A stretch of 64,000 nt of DNA from Alphaproteobacteria bacterium. GTDB taxonomy: Bacteria; Pseudomonadota; Alphaproteobacteria; M2410. Positions 1-14,288 of the stretch are shown here, in pieces. The notes under the pieces were generated by a model. That model had not been told where the DNA came from and ran no database searches. It was given only the letters and a program-made list of their open reading frames with translations. The number at the start of each line of letters is the position of its first letter. Within the stretch, counting starts at the first letter, position 1. The stretch is from positions 1,297,288 to 1,361,287 of the forward strand of contig OZ252216.1 in assembly GCA_965248915.1 (NCBI GenBank). The letters are read 5' to 3'. Both the position numbers and the translations under genes were made by a program.

Positions 1-622
1 TGGCATCTTTCAAAATGACCCAGCCGCCCTTTGACCCAGGGACCGCGCCCTTGACCATGATGAGACCGCGATCAACGTCCGTGCGAACCACTTCCAGGTT
101 CTGGGTTGTTACGCGAACATTTCCCATCTGGCCGGCCATCTTCTTGCCCTTAAAGACCTTACCCGGGTCTTGGCATTGACCGGTCGCTCCAAGACTACGG
201 TGCGAAATCGAAACACCGTGGGTCGCCCGAAGACCGGAGAAGTTGTGACGCTTCATGGCACCGGCAAAACCTTTACCAATGCTCGTTCCGCATGCATCAA
301 CGCGCTGACCTTCAACGAAGTGATCTGCGGTTAACTCAGCGCCAACATCAATCATGTTGTCGGCTGAAACACGAAACTCAACGACTTTCCGTTTGGGTTC
401 GACTTTGGCAACCGCGAAATGACCGCGTTGCGCCTTCGTCACCCTCTTAACTTTAGCCTTACCGGCACCAAGTTGCAGAGCGGAATACCCATTCCGATCG
501 TCTGTACGTTGAGCGACAACCTGACAGTTATCGAGTCTCAACACAGTCACCGGCAGATGCCGCCCGTCATCGGTAAAGATGCGGGTCATCCCCAGCTTCT
601 GAACAATCACGCCTGAACGCAT
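1..622 (-). CDS. rplC: 50S ribosomal protein L3 (runs off the window at its 3' end)
   Basis: Manual translation from ATG at 622 gives [28 protein letters not shown]...[13 protein letters not shown]...GKKMAGQMG. It follows rpsJ. Not in the ORF track because it leaves the window. Confidence 0.97.
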   Translation of the reverse strand, partial: MRSGVIVQKLGMTRIFTDDGRHLPVTVLRLDNCQVVAQRTDDRNGYSALQLGAGKAKVKRVTKAQRGHFAVAKVEPKRKVVEFRVSADNMIDVGAELTADHFVEGQRVDACGTSIGKGFAGAMKRHNFSGLRATHGVSISHRSLGATGQCQDPGKVFKGKKMAGQMGNVRVTTQNLEVVRTDVDRGLIMVKGAVPGSKGGWVILKDA

Positions 623-633
623 GGACTTGTTCC

Positions 634-942
634 TTACAGTTTAATCTCAACGTCAACGCCAGCAGCCAAATCAAGCTTCATAAGCGCGTCAACGGTTTGT
701 GGTGTCGGGTCAACGATATCGAGGAGGCGCTTGTGGGTCCGAATTTCGAACTGCTCGCGACTCTTCTTATCGATGTGTGGGCTTCTAAGCACTGTGAACT
801 TCTCAATGCGTGTCGGTAGTGGAATAGGTCCACGTACCTGTGCGCCGGTCCGTTTCGCAGTATTGACAATCTCACGCGTCGACGTATCGAGCACGCGGTG
901 GTCAAAGGCTTTTAGCCGAATGCGAATATTCTGGTTCTGCAT
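634..942 (-). CDS. rpsJ: 30S ribosomal protein S10
   Basis: [19 protein letters not shown]...GPIPLPT...[14 protein letters not shown]. Confidence 0.99.
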   Translation of the reverse strand: MQNQNIRIRLKAFDHRVLDTSTREIVNTAKRTGAQVRGPIPLPTRIEKFTVLRSPHIDKKSREQFEIRTHKRLLDIVDPTPQTVDALMKLDLAAGVDVEIKL

Positions 943-962
943 GACTTTACCTAGTTGAAGCC

Positions 963-1001
963 CAAAAAATTCGCGGGATCATTTTGACGCGACCCCGCAA
1001 T
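963..1001 (-). terminator. Hairpin plus U-tract between tuf and rpsJ (terminator or attenuator-like)
   Basis: Minus strand reads GCGGGGTC-GCGTCAAAAT-GATCCCGC followed by GAATTTTTT. Confidence 0.5.
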
Positions 1002-1007
1002 TGTTTC

Positions 1008-2198
1008 TTACTCAATGATGCCAGCAACGACACCTGCGCCGACGGTACGACCGCCTTCACGGATGGCGAAGCGAAGCTTCTCTTCCATAGCGATCGGCAC
1101 AATCAGCTCGACTTCCATCTCGCAATTGTCACCAGGCATCACCATCTCCGTCCCCGAAGGCAAGCTCACAACACCGGTAACATCCGTCGTTCTGAAGTAG
1201 AACTGAGGCCGGTAGTTAGTGAAGAATGGCGTATGACGGCCACCCTCTTCCTTCGTCAGGATGTAGGCTTCCGCCTTGAACTTCGTGTGCGGGGTCACAG
1301 ACCCCGGCTTGGCCAAAACCTGACCACGCTCAACTTCTTCACGACCAATACCTCTGAGCAAGCAACCAACATTGTCGCCAGCTTCGCCGCGATCAAGCAA
1401 CTTACGGAACATCTCAACGCCCGTGCAAGTCGTCTTCGCTGTGTCTTTAACGCCGATGATTTCGATCTCATCACCAACATTCACAACACCGCGTTCAATC
1501 CGGCCGGTCACAACCGTTCCCCGACCAGAGATCGAGAACACGTCTTCAACTGGCATCAAGAAGTCACCGTCAACAGCCCGCTCTGGCTGTGGAATGTATG
1601 CGTCGACTTCCTTCATCAGCTCAAGAATGGAGTTCTTACCCGTCGCTTCGTCGCCGTCTTCAAGCGCCACTAACGCTGAACCCTTCACAATCGGAATATC
1701 GTCGCCAGGGAACTCGTAGGAGCTCAAAAGCTCGCGGATTTCCATTTCAACAAGCTCAATCAGCTCTTCGTCGTCCACTTGGTCGACCTTGTTCATGTAG
1801 ACCACGATCGCCGGCACACCGACCTGACGAGCGAGCAAAATGTGCTCCCGGGTCTGTGGCATCGGGCCATCAGCGGCCGACACAACCAAAATCGCGCCGT
1901 CCATTTGGGCAGCACCGGTGATCATGTTCTTCACATAGTCAGCGTGACCTGGGCAATCCACGTGGGCGTAGTGACGATTGTCCGTCTCATACTCAACGTG
2001 CGCCGTTGAAATCGTAATCCCACGGGCCTTTTCTTCAGGCGCCTTATCGATCTCGTCATAGGCCGAAAACGTCGCCCCACCACTTTCCGCCAACACTTTC
2101 GTGATCGCCGCAGTTAGCGTCGTCTTACCGTGGTCAACGTGACCAATCGTGCCGATGTTGCAATGCGGCTTATTACGTTCAAACTTCTCTTTGGCCAT
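1008..2198 (-). CDS. tuf: Elongation factor Tu (str-operon copy)
   Basis: [24 protein letters not shown] and NKVD motifs; 396 aa. Confidence 0.99.
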   Translation of the reverse strand: MAKEKFERNKPHCNIGTIGHVDHGKTTLTAAITKVLAESGGATFSAYDEIDKAPEEKARGITISTAHVEYETDNRHYAHVDCPGHADYVKNMITGAAQMDGAILVVSAADGPMPQTREHILLARQVGVPAIVVYMNKVDQVDDEELIELVEMEIRELLSSYEFPGDDIPIVKGSALVALEDGDEATGKNSILELMKEVDAYIPQPERAVDGDFLMPVEDVFSISGRGTVVTGRIERGVVNVGDEIEIIGVKDTAKTTCTGVEMFRKLLDRGEAGDNVGCLLRGIGREEVERGQVLAKPGSVTPHTKFKAEAYILTKEEGGRHTPFFTNYRPQFYFRTTDVTGVVSLPSGTEMVMPGDNCEMEVELIVPIAMEEKLRFAIREGGRTVGAGVVAGIIE

Positions 2199-2270
2199 CT
2201 TTTTCTCTCCGTAATCTGACGGCTAACAAAACTTCTTACTCAAACTATCCCGGCTAATCCGCGAAAGGGG

Positions 2271-4346
2271 TCATGCCAGTTTCGCCTGGACCTCTTCCGC
2301 CACTGCCTGGGGGACTTGCTCATAGTGATCGAACTGCATCGTGTACTGAGCACGACCCTGGGTCATTGACCGCAGCGTGTTCACATATCCAAACATATTG
2401 GCCAGCGGCACCATCGCATTAATGACGGTTGCATTACCTCGTTGCTCTGTTCCGCTGATCTGTCCACGACGACTGTTCAAGTCACCGATGCAATCACCCA
2501 TATAATCCTCAGGTGTCACTACTTCGACCTTCATAATCGGCTCAAGCAAACGTGGCGCAGCTTTTGGCGCCGCTTCACGGAAGGCCGCGCGAGACGCCAT
2601 TTCAAACGCCATAACACTGGAGTCCACGTCGTGGCTCGCGCCATCAATCAATGTGGCCTTGAAATCAATCATCGGAAAGCCAGCAATGAACCCGCCATCT
2701 TTGACGCTTTCAATACCTTTTTGGACGCCCGGGATGTATTCCTTAGGCACATTGCCACCAACGATCTTACTTTCAAACTCAAACCCAGAACCAGCTTCAA
2801 GCGGTTCGAAGATCATCTTCACGCGCGCAAATTGACCAGAACCACCCGTTTGCTTCTTGTGGGTGTAATCAATCTCAGCTGTTCTCGTAATCGTTTCGCG
2901 ATAAGCGACCTGCGGTGCACCCACGTTAGCGTCTACTTTGAATTCACGCTTCATTCGGTCGACAATAATGTCGAGGTGAAGCTCGCCCATACCCGCAATC
3001 ACCGTCTGACCGGATTCTTCATCCGTCGTGACACGGAAACTTGGGTCTTCTTTTGCCAAACGAGCCAAGGCAACACCGAGTTTCTCCTGGTCACCCTTCG
3101 TTTTCGGCTCAACCGAAAGCGAAATCACAGGCTCAGGAAACTCCATGCGCTCTAGAATCACAGGATTCAATGGATCGCAAAGTGTATCGCCAGTGGTCGT
3201 GTTCTTAAGGCCAGCAAATGCAACGATGTCACCCGCACGCGCTTCTTTGATGTCTTCACGGCTGTTCGAGTGCATTTCGAGCATCCGGCCGATACGCTCA
3301 CGGTTGTCTTTAACCGAGTTCAAGACGCCGGTACCGGCTTCAAACACTCCTGAGTAGATCCGCACGAATGTCAGTGAGCCAACAAACGGGTCATTCATAA
3401 CTTTGAAAGCAAGACCAGAAGCCGGAGCGTCATCGCTGGATTCACGTGTTGTTTCTTCATCCGTCTTCGCATCAATGCCCTTAATGGCGGGCACTTCGAG
3501 TGGAGACGGCATAAAATCAACAACCGCGTCAAGCATGGGCTGTACGCCCTTGTTCTTAAAGGCTGAACCGCAAATCACTGGAACAAAGTCGAGGGAGATC
3601 GTGCCCTTACGGATGCAGCCCTTTAGCTCGTCTTCCGTTGGCATTTCACCATCGAGATATTTCTCAAGAAGAGCCTCATCTTCCTCAATGGCGGCTTCAA
3701 CGAGCTTCACTCGGTACTCATCAGCTTTGTCTTTGAGGTCGGCCGGAATATCGACGTAGTCGAACTCAGCGCCAAGGTTCTCATCCCGCCAGATAATGGC
3801 TTTCATTTTAATGAGGTCAACAACACCAGCAAAGTCGGACTCAGCGCCAACAGGCAACTGAAGTACCAACGGAGTTGCACCCAAACGATCAACAATCATA
3901 TCGACGCAGCGATAGAAGTCAGCGCCCATGCGATCCATCTTATTGATGAAACACATGCGCGGCACTCGGTATTTGTCTGCCTGACGCCAAACAGTCTCGG
4001 ACTGAGGTTCTACACCAGCCACTGAATCAAAAACGGCCACTGCACCATCTAGAACTCGCAGGGACCGTTCAACTTCGATCGTAAAATCAACGTGACCAGG
4101 GGTATCAATAATATTGACACGGTAGTCGTTCCAGAAACAGGTCGTCGCAGCGGACGTAATTGTAATACCGCGTTCCTGTTCCTGCTCCATCCAATCCATC
4201 GTGGCGGCACCATCGTGCACTTCGCCAATCTTGTGACTGCGACCAGTGTAATAAAGGATGCGTTCTGTCGTCGTCGTCTTGCCCGCATCAATATGGGCCA
4301 TGATGCCGATATTTCGGTAACGATCGAGTGGTGTTTGACGCGCCAT
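2271..4346 (-). CDS. fusA: Elongation factor G
   Basis: [23 protein letters not shown] and DTPGHVDF; 691 aa. Confidence 0.99.
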   Translation of the reverse strand: MARQTPLDRYRNIGIMAHIDAGKTTTTERILYYTGRSHKIGEVHDGAATMDWMEQEQERGITITSAATTCFWNDYRVNIIDTPGHVDFTIEVERSLRVLDGAVAVFDSVAGVEPQSETVWRQADKYRVPRMCFINKMDRMGADFYRCVDMIVDRLGATPLVLQLPVGAESDFAGVVDLIKMKAIIWRDENLGAEFDYVDIPADLKDKADEYRVKLVEAAIEEDEALLEKYLDGEMPTEDELKGCIRKGTISLDFVPVICGSAFKNKGVQPMLDAVVDFMPSPLEVPAIKGIDAKTDEETTRESSDDAPASGLAFKVMNDPFVGSLTFVRIYSGVFEAGTGVLNSVKDNRERIGRMLEMHSNSREDIKEARAGDIVAFAGLKNTTTGDTLCDPLNPVILERMEFPEPVISLSVEPKTKGDQEKLGVALARLAKEDPSFRVTTDEESGQTVIAGMGELHLDIIVDRMKREFKVDANVGAPQVAYRETITRTAEIDYTHKKQTGGSGQFARVKMIFEPLEAGSGFEFESKIVGGNVPKEYIPGVQKGIESVKDGGFIAGFPMIDFKATLIDGASHDVDSSVMAFEMASRAAFREAAPKAAPRLLEPIMKVEVVTPEDYMGDCIGDLNSRRGQISGTEQRGNATVINAMVPLANMFGYVNTLRSMTQGRAQYTMQFDHYEQVPQAVAEEVQAKLA

Positions 4347-4380
4347 GACTAAGTTCCCTTACAACCCTTGTCCGCAAGCC

Positions 4381-4851
4381 TTACCAGCGGTAATGCGAAA
4401 ACGCGCGGTTGGCTTCAGCCATCTTGTGCGTATCTTCGCGTTTCTTCACTGCGGAGCCCCGATTTTGAGAGGCATCCATAAGCTCACCGGACAACCGGCT
4501 TTGCATTGTGTTTTCGTTCCGACCACGAGCTGCGTTGATGATCCAACGGATCGCCAGAGCTTGTTTGCGGTCATTCCGGACTTCAACCGGGACCTGATAG
4601 GTCGCACCACCAACCCGACGAGACCGAACTTCGATCGAGGGCTTTACATTGTCCAACGCTTCGTGAAACAGGGACAACGGATCTTGGCTCATCTTCGTTT
4701 GGATCTCATCGAAAGCGCCATAAACAATCCGCTCCGTGACGGACTTCTTGCCGTCCAACATCAGCGAATTCATGAATTTCGTAACAACAATATCCCCGAA
4801 CTTTGGATCGGGAAGCGTGTCTCTTTTTTCCGCGGCGTGACGTCGGGACAT
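4381..4851 (-). CDS. rpsG: 30S ribosomal protein S7
   Basis: [10 protein letters not shown]...[14 protein letters not shown]...[12 protein letters not shown]. Confidence 0.99.
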   Translation of the reverse strand: MSRRHAAEKRDTLPDPKFGDIVVTKFMNSLMLDGKKSVTERIVYGAFDEIQTKMSQDPLSLFHEALDNVKPSIEVRSRRVGGATYQVPVEVRNDRKQALAIRWIINAARGRNENTMQSRLSGELMDASQNRGSAVKKREDTHKMAEANRAFSHYRW

Positions 4852-4862
4852 GAAAAAGCTCC

Positions 4863-5234
4863 TTACTTCGGCCGTTTGGCACCGTATTTCGAACGACGCT
4901 GGCGACGGTCCTTGACGCCCTGCGTGTCCAAGACACCGCGCAAAATGTGATAGCGAACGCCAGGTAAATCCTTCACGCGACCACCGCGGATAAGAACAAC
5001 GGAGTGTTCCTGCAGATTGTGACCTTCACCCGGAATGTAGCTTGTGACTTCAAAGCCATTCGTCAAACGAACCCGCGCGACCTTCCTGAGAGCCGAGTTC
5101 GGCTTCTTAGGTGTCGTCGTATAAACCCTAGTGCAAACACCACGCTTTTGCGGGCAAGCCTCTAGGGCAGGAACTTTGTTTCGTTTGACCGGCGCCTTTC
5201 TCGGCTTCCGGATAAGTTGGCTAATGGTTGGCAT
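4863..5234 (-). CDS. rpsL: 30S ribosomal protein S12
   Basis: [10 protein letters not shown]...[13 protein letters not shown]...[10 protein letters not shown]. Confidence 0.99.
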   Translation of the reverse strand: MPTISQLIRKPRKAPVKRNKVPALEACPQKRGVCTRVYTTTPKKPNSALRKVARVRLTNGFEVTSYIPGEGHNLQEHSVVLIRGGRVKDLPGVRYHILRGVLDTQGVKDRRQRRSKYGAKRPK

Positions 5235-5486
5235 ATCGCCGTCACCTCAAATTCGTCCAATCCAGCGCTGAATCACAAGGTGCGCACAATCCAATTAAGG
5301 GCTGCGCGCAGCTCAAGAAACGCCCATACAAAACTCTGGCGCTCTCAAAAACAGAGGACCCAACAAGAAACCCTTGGGGTCATGTACCAATCTTCAGCGT
5401 TTAATCCTCGTCGCAGCGTATAGTTCCGCAGTGGGCCAATGGCCTAAACACCCCAGACCTACGGCCTGCTGTTCAAAGGAGGCCTG

Positions 5487-5515
5487 TACATACTTTTCGG
5501 AACCTGCCCCGTCAA
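5487..5515 (-). promoter_or_regulatory. Putative sigma70 promoter of the str operon
   Basis: Minus strand TTGACG-N17-TATGTA, downstream of the rpoC terminator. Confidence 0.55.
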
Positions 5516-5588
5516 CCCCCAAATCCCTGAAAAATAGCGTTTTTCAGCGATTCACGGAGCCAACGCCAACACCTTGTCAGAAGTTACG

Positions 5589-5622
5589 AAAAAGGCCGCC
5601 CGAACCAACGTCCAAACGGCCT
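5589..5622 (-). terminator. Rho-independent terminator after rpoC
   Basis: AGGCCGTTTGGA...TTCGGGCGGCCT stem followed by TTTT. Confidence 0.7.
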
Positions 5623-5660
5623 CTAACTGGTGTTTTACAACAACATTATTGCGCGACGTC

Positions 5661-8600
5661 TTATGCGGCAGGTTCCTCACCAGCTGACACTTCAGCTTCT
5701 GGCGCTACTTCCGGCGCTTCAATCGCTGGCAAGGCCGCTTCTGCTTCCTCTGCCTTCGCCAAAGCAGCACGTTCCGCGAGAATCGCATCGTCCCGAGTGG
5801 TCGCCAGATTCTTGTATCTGGTGAGCGCACTGCCGGTGCCAGCCGGTATCAACCGACCGACAATAACGTTTTCTTTCAAACCAATGAGGTCGTCGGATTT
5901 CCCGTTGACCGCAGCTTCCGTGAGAACTCGTGTGGTTTCCTGGAAGGAAGCCGCAGAGATGAAGGATCTCGTTTGAAGGCTGGCTTTGGTAATTCCCAAC
6001 AAAACAGGGTTTGCCGTTGCTTCTTTGCCGCCTTCGGCCTTCACACGCTCATTCATCTCCTCGAATTCAACGAGATCGACCTGCTCACCTTTGATAAAAG
6101 TGGAATCACCCGCATCAACGATCTCCCTCTTCTGCAACATCTGGCGCACGATCACTTCGATATGCTTATCGTTGATCTTCACACCCTGCAGTCGGTAAAC
6201 CTCCTGGATTTCGTTCACCAGATAAGAAGCGAGGCTCTCCACGCCGTTAATGGCCAAAATATCATGCGGAGCTGGGTTGCCGTCTAGCAGATACTCACCT
6301 TTTTCAATGAAGTCCCCTTCCCGAACCGAAAGGTGCTTGCCCTTAGGAATCAGATATTCGGAGTTTTCTTCATCTTCAGCTTCAGGTCGGATGACGATCC
6401 GGCGCTTGTTCTTATAGTCGCGTCCGAATTCAACATAACCTGAGATCTCAGCAATAATAGCGTGATCCTTGGGACGACGAGCCTCAAATAGCTCAGCTAC
6501 CCTTGGCAGACCACCGGTAATATCCCGGGTTTTCGCACCTTCTGTCGGGATCCGAGCCAGTGAATCACCAGCATGAACCAATGATCCATCTTCAACTGAT
6601 AGAATTGCGTCCACGGAAAGCAAGTAACGTGCGTCATTACCGTTCGCGAGTTTCAGTACTTCACCATCGTCATCAACCAAAGAAATTGCTGGACGCAAAT
6701 CACCACCACGTGTGTTGGTTCGCCAATCAACAACGACCTTGTTCGAAATACCGGTTGCTTCATCGACCACTTCACGGATCGAAACACCGTCCACCAAGTC
6801 TTCCAACTTCACGGTGCCATTGAGCTCCGTGATAATCGGAATGGTGTAAGGGTCCCACTCACCGATACGTTGACCACGCTTAACCTCAGCACCATCATCA
6901 ACAAGAAGGCGCGTTCCATATGTAACCTTATGGTTCGCCTTTTCTTTGCCCTTCTCATCTGTCACGGTGACTTGCGCGTTTCGTCCCATGACAATAAGAG
7001 CCCCCGAGCTGTCTTTTACAACATTCCGGTTCTTGATCAAGATTTGACCGTCTTGCGTGGTTTCAATAAAGGACTGGTCGGCAACCTGCGCTGTTCCACC
7101 AATGTGGAAAGTACGCATGGTCAACTGGGTACCAGGCTCACCAATCGACTGCGCCGCAATAACACCAACCGCTTCACCAATATTCACCATGGTTCCACGA
7201 GCCAGATCGCGACCGTAGCAGTTACCACAAACACCGCCTCTGGTGTCACAGGTCAGAACAGAGCGAATTTTGACCGTCGAAACACCAGCCTGCTCAATCA
7301 GCTCGGCTTGCACTTCAGAGATCTCATCACGCTTCTTGGCCAAAACCTCATCTGTCAAGGGATGGACAATATCTTCAACAGCTGTCCGACCCAGAATACG
7401 CTCACTCAAAGCCTCAACCACTTCGCCGCCTTCAACAACAGCACCAACGGTCAAACCATCTGTAGATCCGCAATCCCGTTCCACAATGATTGAATCCTGA
7501 GCAACGTCGACTAGGCGACGTGTCAGATACCCGGAGTTTGCAGTCTTAAGCGCCGTATCAGCCAAACCCTTACGGGCACCGTGCGTCGAGTTAAAGTACT
7601 CAAGCACCGAAAGGCCTTCTTTAAAGTTGGAAATAATCGGTGTCTCAATGATTTCACCGGAAGGCTTCGCCATGAGACCGCGCATTCCAGCGAGCTGTTT
7701 CATTTGCGCGGCACTACCACGAGCACCCGAGTGAGCCATCATATAGATCGAGTTAACCTCAAGATCCCGTCCGGTTTCCTCGTCTTTGCCAGTGCTTGAA
7801 ATGCGCATCATCATTTCGTCAGCCACACGCTCCGTGCACCGCGCCCAAGCATCAACAACCTTGTTGTACTTCTCACGTTGAGTGATAAGGCCATCCACGT
7901 ATTGCTCTTCATACTCACGAGCAAGCGAGCGCGTTTCATCGACCAAGGTCACCTTGGTGTCAGGAATGACCATGTCGTCTTTACCAAACGAGATACCGGC
8001 ACGACAGGCTTCTTTAAAGCCAACTGCCATGACCCGGTCACAGAACAGAACGGTCTCTTTCTGACCGCAATGACGGTAAACTTCATCGATAACAGAAGAA
8101 ATTTCTTTCTTCGTCAAAACACGGTCAACAAGCGCCAAAGGCACCTTCTTGTTCTTAGGCAGCAGTTCGGCAAGACGCAAACGACCAGCAGTGGTGTCGA
8201 TGATCTTGTCGACGATATTGCCTTCCTCGTCAGCAATTTCGAAACGACACTTGACCTTGGCATGCAACGTAATCGCCTTGGCATGAAGTGCATGTTCAAC
8301 TTCCGCCACGCTTGAGAAGACCATGCCTTCGCCAGGCTCATTGTCCTTCTCAATTGTAAGGTAGTAGATACCCAGAACAATATCCTGACTTGGAACGATA
8401 ATCGGCTTACCGTTGGCCGGGTGCAGGATGTTGTTAGTGGACATCATCAACACACGAGCTTCAAGCTGCGCCTCCAGAGAGAGAGGCACGTGAACCGCCA
8501 TTTGGTCACCGTCAAAGTCGGCATTGAAAGCCGTACAGACGAGCGGGTGAAGCTGGATAGCTTTTCCCTCAATGAGTACTGGCTCAAAAGCTTGAATGCC

Positions 8601-9902
8601 CAAACGGTGCAATGTTGGCGCCCTGTTCAAGAGAACGGGATGTTCGCGGATTACTTCTTCAAGAATATCCCAAACCTCAGGTTTCTCTTTCTCCACCATC
8701 TTCTTGGCTTGCTTCACCGTGCCTGAAAGGCCCTTCGCATCAAGACGCGAATAGATGAAGGGCTTGAAGAGTTCCAAAGCCATTTTCTTCGGCAAACCAC
8801 ACTGGTGAAGTTTGAGTTCAGGACCAACCACAATCACTGAACGGCCCGAATAGTCGACCCGCTTACCAAGCAGGTTCTGACGGAAGCGGCCTTGCTTACC
8901 CTTCAGCATATCTGACAGGGATTTCAGCGGACGTTTGTGTGCGCCGGTGATGACGCGGCCGCGACGACCATTGTCAAACAATGCATCGACAGATTCTTGC
9001 AACATCCGTTTTTCATTTCGGATGATGATGTCTGGAGCGCGAAGCTCGATAAGACGCTTCAGACGATTGTTACGATTGATCACCCGACGATAGAGATCAT
9101 TTAGATCAGATGTCGCAAACCGACCGCCATCCAGCGGAACCAAAGGGCGCAGTTCCGGAGGAATGACGGGAACAACGGTCATGATCATCCATTCCGGACG
9201 ATTGCCAGATGTCATGAACGCTTCAATAAGCTTGAGACGCTTCACCAACTTCTTCGGTTTCAGTTCTGACGTCGTTTCAGAAATCTCGACACGAATGTCA
9301 TCGCATGCTTTTTCCATGTCGATTGACATCAGCATGTCGCGGATGGCCTCCGCGCCGATACCAGCAGTAAAGCTGTCCGGGCCATACTCGTCTTGCGCCT
9401 GCATGAAGGCTTCTTCTGAAAGCAACTCACCCTTCTTCAGCGACGTTAGACCTGGCTCAATAACGACCCAGTGCTCGAAATAAAGGATCCGCTCAAGATC
9501 CTTCAACGTCATATCCAGCATCAAACCAATCCGGCTTGGCAGGGATTTCAGGAACCAAATGTGTGCCACTGGCGACGCGAGTTCGATATGGCCCATCCGT
9601 TCACGACGGACTTTCGACAAAGTGACTTCGACGCCGCACTTCTCGCAAACGATGCCCTTGTATTTCATGCGTTTGTACTTACCGCACAGGCATTCATAAT
9701 CTTTGATTGGACCAAAGATACGAGCACAAAACAGACCGTCACGTTCCGGCTTAAATGTCCGATAGTTGATCGTTTCCGGTTTCCGAATTTCCCCAAAAGA
9801 CCACGACAGGATCTTCTCAGGGCTTACCAGCGAAATACGGATACGATCAAATGCTGGAGCAACACTTGCCGTATTGAATACATTCATTACGTCTTGCTTC
9901 AT
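5661..9902 (-). CDS. rpoC: RNA polymerase beta' subunit
   Basis: [12 protein letters not shown] catalytic motif and N-terminal Zn finger; 1413 aa. Confidence 0.99.
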   Translation of the reverse strand: MKQDVMNVFNTASVAPAFDRIRISLVSPEKILSWSFGEIRKPETINYRTFKPERDGLFCARIFGPIKDYECLCGKYKRMKYKGIVCEKCGVEVTLSKVRRERMGHIELASPVAHIWFLKSLPSRIGLMLDMTLKDLERILYFEHWVVIEPGLTSLKKGELLSEEAFMQAQDEYGPDSFTAGIGAEAIRDMLMSIDMEKACDDIRVEISETTSELKPKKLVKRLKLIEAFMTSGNRPEWMIMTVVPVIPPELRPLVPLDGGRFATSDLNDLYRRVINRNNRLKRLIELRAPDIIIRNEKRMLQESVDALFDNGRRGRVITGAHKRPLKSLSDMLKGKQGRFRQNLLGKRVDYSGRSVIVVGPELKLHQCGLPKKMALELFKPFIYSRLDAKGLSGTVKQAKKMVEKEKPEVWDILEEVIREHPVLLNRAPTLHRLGIQAFEPVLIEGKAIQLHPLVCTAFNADFDGDQMAVHVPLSLEAQLEARVLMMSTNNILHPANGKPIIVPSQDIVLGIYYLTIEKDNEPGEGMVFSSVAEVEHALHAKAITLHAKVKCRFEIADEEGNIVDKIIDTTAGRLRLAELLPKNKKVPLALVDRVLTKKEISSVIDEVYRHCGQKETVLFCDRVMAVGFKEACRAGISFGKDDMVIPDTKVTLVDETRSLAREYEEQYVDGLITQREKYNKVVDAWARCTERVADEMMMRISSTGKDEETGRDLEVNSIYMMAHSGARGSAAQMKQLAGMRGLMAKPSGEIIETPIISNFKEGLSVLEYFNSTHGARKGLADTALKTANSGYLTRRLVDVAQDSIIVERDCGSTDGLTVGAVVEGGEVVEALSERILGRTAVEDIVHPLTDEVLAKKRDEISEVQAELIEQAGVSTVKIRSVLTCDTRGGVCGNCYGRDLARGTMVNIGEAVGVIAAQSIGEPGTQLTMRTFHIGGTAQVADQSFIETTQDGQILIKNRNVVKDSSGALIVMGRNAQVTVTDEKGKEKANHKVTYGTRLLVDDGAEVKRGQRIGEWDPYTIPIITELNGTVKLEDLVDGVSIREVVDEATGISNKVVVDWRTNTRGGDLRPAISLVDDDGEVLKLANGNDARYLLSVDAILSVEDGSLVHAGDSLARIPTEGAKTRDITGGLPRVAELFEARRPKDHAIIAEISGYVEFGRDYKNKRRIVIRPEAEDEENSEYLIPKGKHLSVREGDFIEKGEYLLDGNPAPHDILAINGVESLASYLVNEIQEVYRLQGVKINDKHIEVIVRQMLQKREIVDAGDSTFIKGEQVDLVEFEEMNERVKAEGGKEATANPVLLGITKASLQTRSFISAASFQETTRVLTEAAVNGKSDDLIGLKENVIVGRLIPAGTGSALTRYKNLATTRDDAILAERAALAKAEEAEAALPAIEAPEVAPEAEVSAGEEPAA

Positions 9903-9979
9903 GGAGTATTTCTCCTACTGCGCGGTAATTTCCGCACTTTCACGAATTTTATTCGTCTGCAAATATCAACTATCAACAC

Positions 9980-12900
9980 TTACTCAGCTGCTTCCGAAGT
10001 TGGCGCTTCCAAGCCTTGCAACAACTCGACGTTCAACCCGAGAGATCGCATTTCTTTGACCAACACATTGAAACTTTCAGGAATACCCGCCTCAAACGTG
10101 TCATCGCCACGCACGATCGCCTCATAGACTTTCGTCCGGCCGGCTACGTCATCCGATTTTACAGTCAGCATTTCCTGCAAGGTGTAGGCAGCGCCATAAG
10201 CCTCAAGCGCCCAGACTTCCATTTCACCGAAGCGCTGGCCACCAAACTGAGCTTTACCACCCAACGGTTGCTGGGTAACCAAGGAGTATGGACCAATTGA
10301 ACGAGCGTGAATTTTGTCGTCCACCAAGTGGTGAAGTTTGAGCATGTAGATATAGCCCACTGTCACCGAACGTTGGAATGCCTCACCCGTACGTCCGTCA
10401 AAGAGTGTAACCTGCCCAGAACTGTTCAGGCCTGCCTTAACCAGCATGTGGTCAATGTCCTTCTCGCGCGCACCGTCAAACACCGGCGTCGCAATTGGCA
10501 CACCACGCTGCAGATTGGTCGCCAACTCCGCCAGCTCTGACCCATTCATGCTCTTGATGTCATCATCAAACTCATAAACATCGACGATCTTCTGACGAAG
10601 TTCATCAACTGTACTGCCCCGTTGATAAGCTTCCAACGCTTCCTTGACTTGACCGCCCAAACCGCGACATGCCCAACCCAAATGGGTTTCCAGGATTTGT
10701 CCGACATTCATCCGACTAGGCACACCGAGTGGATTCAGAACCACATCAACAGGGGTTCCATCTTCCAGATAAGGCATGTCTTCAACAGGGATGATCTTAG
10801 AGATCACACCCTTATTGCCGTGACGACCAGCCATTTTGTCACCAGGTTGAAGCTTACGCTTCACAGCAATGAAGACTTTGACCATCTTCATCACACCCGG
10901 AGGCAACTCATCACCACGTTGCAGTTTGTCGACTTTGTCTTCAAAACGCATTTGCAAACGAGACTTGGCTTCTTCAAACAAGCGATTAAGAGCTTCAACC
11001 TCGCCCATAGCTTTGTCGTTATCGAGAGCAACCTCCCACCACTTACTACGGGGAACTGCATCCAAGTCTTCTTCTGAGAGTATCGCACCTGTCCGAATGC
11101 CGGTTGGGCCTGACACCATCTTCTTACCAAGCAGCAATTCGCGAAGACGGCCATAAATGTTGCGCTCTAGAATGGTCAGCTCATCATTGCGGTCTTTCGC
11201 CAAACGATCGATTTCGTCCCGCTCGATAGACATTGCACGTTCGTCTTTGTCGATGCCATGACGATTGAAGACCCGAACTTCAACCACTGTACCGGCAACA
11301 CCAGGTGGTAGTTTCAGTGAGGTGTCACGGACATCTGATGCTTTTTCACCAAAGATCGCGCGCAAGAGTTTCTCTTCCGGCGTCATTGGAGATTCGCCCT
11401 TCGGCGTGATCTTACCAACCAGAATGTCGCCTGGGTGCACTTCAGCCCCAATGTAGACAATCCCGGCTTCGTCCAAGTTCTTCAAAGCTTCCTCGCCGAC
11501 ATTTGGAATATCGCGCGTGATCTCTTCAGGGCCAAGCTTGGTATCTCGTGCCATCACTTCAAACTCTTCGATGTGAATGGACGTAAACACGTCATCACGC
11601 ACGATACGTTCGGAGATGAGGATGGAGTCCTCGAAGTTGTAACCATTCCAAGGCATGAACGCGACCAATACGTTCTTACCCAAAGCAAGTTCGCCGAGAT
11701 CCGTTGACGGGCCGTCCGCGATGATATCGCCGGCCCGCACCTTGTCACCAACCTTGACGATTGGACGTTGGTTGATTGACGTATCTTGGTTTGAGCGTTG
11801 GAATTTTTGCAGGTTGTAGATATCAACCCCAGGCTTCGAAGGATCTGTTTCCTCTGTCGCCCGAACGACAATCCGTGTGGCATCAACCTGATCCACAACA
11901 CCGGGGCGACGAGCCCCTATGGCAGCGCCTGAGTCACGTGCCACGATAGATTCCATGCCCGTCCCAACCAAAGGTGCATCCGCCTTGATCAGCGGTACGG
12001 CTTGGCGTTGCATGTTCGAACCCATCAAGGCTCGGTTTGCATCATCATTTTCCAAGAACGGAATGAGCGCCGCAGCAACTGACACCAACTGTTTCGGCGA
12101 AACATCGATGAAGTCGAGGCTATCTGGTGACACCATGGCGAAGTCGCCAGCTTGTCGTGCCGACACCAGATCACTTTCAAACGTCCCATCTGACTTCACA
12201 ACCGCGTTCGCTTGCGCAATGCAGTATTTGCCCTCTTCCATCGCTGAAAGATAAACAACCTCGCTTGCGACCTTACCTTTCGCGACCTTGCGATAAGGAC
12301 TTTCAATAAAGCCGTACTTGTTAACCCGCGCGTAGGTCGCCAGTGAATTGATCAGGCCAATATTTGGACCTTCTGGTGTTTCAATCGGGCAAATTCGACC
12401 GTAGTGCGTTGGATGCACGTCACGAACTTCAAAACCCGCTCGCTCTCTTGTCAAACCACCCGGGCCAAGCGCCGAAAGACGGCGTTTGTGCGTAATCTCG
12501 GACAATGGATTTGTCTGATCCATAAATTGGCTCAACTGCGATGAACCAAAGAACTCACGCACTGCTGCAGCCGCTGGTTTCGCATTGATCAAATCATGCG
12601 GCATCACTGTGTCGATATCGACAGAACTCATGCGCTCTTTGATCGCGCGCTCCATACGCAACAAGCCAATGCGATACTGATTCTCCATCAGCTCGCCCAC
12701 GGAACGCACACGACGGTTGCCCAAATGGTCAATGTCATCGATTTCGCCGCGCCCATCACGCAGATCAACAAGTGTCTTGATGACCGCGAGAATGTCGTCT
12801 CTGCGTAAGACACGCACCGTGTCTTCTGCGTCAAGACCCAAACGCATATTCATTTTTACCCGGCCAACCGCCGACAAATCATACCGCTCTGAATCGAAGA

Positions 12901-14083
12901 AGAGACCGCTAAACAGCGCTTCTGCCGTTTCAAGCGTTGGCGGCTCACCCGGACGCATGACCCGGTAAATATCGACAAGCGCTTGATCACGGTTTTCCGC
13001 TTTGTCAGCGGTCATCGTGTTGCGCATAAATCCACCGATATTGATGTGGTCAATATCAAGGGTCTCGATTTCTTTCTCTCCGGCCTCGAGAAGTTCGGCC
13101 ACTCTCTCAGCGGTCAACTCTTCACCGGCTTCCGCAAAAATCTCCCCGGTTTTGACGTCCACCACGTCTTTCGCCATATAACGTCCGGCCAGTTCTTCGT
13201 CCGTGACCAAGAGGTCTTTCAGGCCTTCTTCGCTGAGCTTACGGGCCAAGCGAGGCGTAATCTTTCGTCCTGCTTCAACAACAACTTCGCCGTTCTTCGC
13301 ATTTATTAGGTCGTGCGCAGGAACAATACCGCGCATGCGCTCCGGCATGAACGGTGTCTTCCAACCCTTCTTGAACTTCTTGTAGGAAACGGAACCATAG
13401 AAATGGTCGAGAATTTCCTCGCTAACCATACCCAAGGCAAAAAGGAGTGTTGTAACTGGCAGTTTGCGGCGACGGTCGATACGCACGTGCACAATGTCTT
13501 TAGCGTCAAATTCAAAATCAAGCCACGATCCTCGGTATGGAATAACCCGTGCTGCAAAGAGCAGCTTTCCGGAGGAATGAGTCTTGCCCTTGTCATGGTC
13601 GAAAAACACACCAGGCGACCGGTGCATCTGGCTAACAATAACCCGTTCCGTACCATTGACGACAAAGGTGCCATTGTCGGTCATGAATGGCATATCGCCC
13701 ATGTATACATCTTGTTCTTTGATGTCTTTGACCGATTTTGCGCCTGTGTCTTCATCGACTTCAAAGACGATGAGACGCAGTGTCACTTTCAGCGGTGCGG
13801 CAAACGTCATGCCCCGCTGCTGACATTCTTCGACATCGTATTTGGGCTTCTCAAACTCGTATTTCACGTATTCGAGGGTCGAGGTTTCCGAAAAATCTGA
13901 AATCGGAAAGACCGACTTAAAAACGGCCTGCAATCCACTATCGTCCCGAACAGAGGGATCGACCTGCAGGAATTGATCGTATGACTTCTTTTGAACCTCA
14001 ATGAGGTTAGGCATTGTCGTTGTTTCGGAAATACGCCCGAACGACTTGCGGATCCTTTTTCGACCAGTGAAGGACTGCGCCAT
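9980..14083 (-). CDS. rpoB: RNA polymerase beta subunit
   Basis: [13 protein letters not shown] start, [12 protein letters not shown] and [19 protein letters not shown]. Confidence 0.99.
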   Translation of the reverse strand: MAQSFTGRKRIRKSFGRISETTTMPNLIEVQKKSYDQFLQVDPSVRDDSGLQAVFKSVFPISDFSETSTLEYVKYEFEKPKYDVEECQQRGMTFAAPLKVTLRLIVFEVDEDTGAKSVKDIKEQDVYMGDMPFMTDNGTFVVNGTERVIVSQMHRSPGVFFDHDKGKTHSSGKLLFAARVIPYRGSWLDFEFDAKDIVHVRIDRRRKLPVTTLLFALGMVSEEILDHFYGSVSYKKFKKGWKTPFMPERMRGIVPAHDLINAKNGEVVVEAGRKITPRLARKLSEEGLKDLLVTDEELAGRYMAKDVVDVKTGEIFAEAGEELTAERVAELLEAGEKEIETLDIDHINIGGFMRNTMTADKAENRDQALVDIYRVMRPGEPPTLETAEALFSGLFFDSERYDLSAVGRVKMNMRLGLDAEDTVRVLRRDDILAVIKTLVDLRDGRGEIDDIDHLGNRRVRSVGELMENQYRIGLLRMERAIKERMSSVDIDTVMPHDLINAKPAAAAVREFFGSSQLSQFMDQTNPLSEITHKRRLSALGPGGLTRERAGFEVRDVHPTHYGRICPIETPEGPNIGLINSLATYARVNKYGFIESPYRKVAKGKVASEVVYLSAMEEGKYCIAQANAVVKSDGTFESDLVSARQAGDFAMVSPDSLDFIDVSPKQLVSVAAALIPFLENDDANRALMGSNMQRQAVPLIKADAPLVGTGMESIVARDSGAAIGARRPGVVDQVDATRIVVRATEETDPSKPGVDIYNLQKFQRSNQDTSINQRPIVKVGDKVRAGDIIADGPSTDLGELALGKNVLVAFMPWNGYNFEDSILISERIVRDDVFTSIHIEEFEVMARDTKLGPEEITRDIPNVGEEALKNLDEAGIVYIGAEVHPGDILVGKITPKGESPMTPEEKLLRAIFGEKASDVRDTSLKLPPGVAGTVVEVRVFNRHGIDKDERAMSIERDEIDRLAKDRNDELTILERNIYGRLRELLLGKKMVSGPTGIRTGAILSEEDLDAVPRSKWWEVALDNDKAMGEVEALNRLFEEAKSRLQMRFEDKVDKLQRGDELPPGVMKMVKVFIAVKRKLQPGDKMAGRHGNKGVISKIIPVEDMPYLEDGTPVDVVLNPLGVPSRMNVGQILETHLGWACRGLGGQVKEALEAYQRGSTVDELRQKIVDVYEFDDDIKSMNGSELAELATNLQRGVPIATPVFDGAREKDIDHMLVKAGLNSSGQVTLFDGRTGEAFQRSVTVGYIYMLKLHHLVDDKIHARSIGPYSLVTQQPLGGKAQFGGQRFGEMEVWALEAYGAAYTLQEMLTVKSDDVAGRTKVYEAIVRGDDTFEAGIPESFNVLVKEMRSLGLNVELLQGLEAPTSEAAE

Positions 14084-14203
14084 GTTTATTCCTCTCGCCA
14101 CTTTATCAATGATTCAGCAGTGAACCCTTGTTTTCTGCGGTGAAGGTCACCACCCTGGGATTTTCGCCACATCCCCTGTCTTTGGTTTCTAATTCGAGAC
14201 GCC

Positions 14204-14239
14204 AAAAACCGGCCTCGCGCCGCAAATTTGCAAGGCCGG
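14204..14239 (-). terminator. Terminator or attenuator between rplL and rpoB
   Basis: CCGGCCTTGC...GCGAGGCCGG followed by TTTTT. A second hairpin (GTCGGTGGG/CCCACCGAC) lies at about 14257-14282. Confidence 0.65.
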
Positions 14240-14288
14240 ATCTGGTAGAATTAGAGGTCGGTGGGCAAAGTCACCCACCGACTACGCA

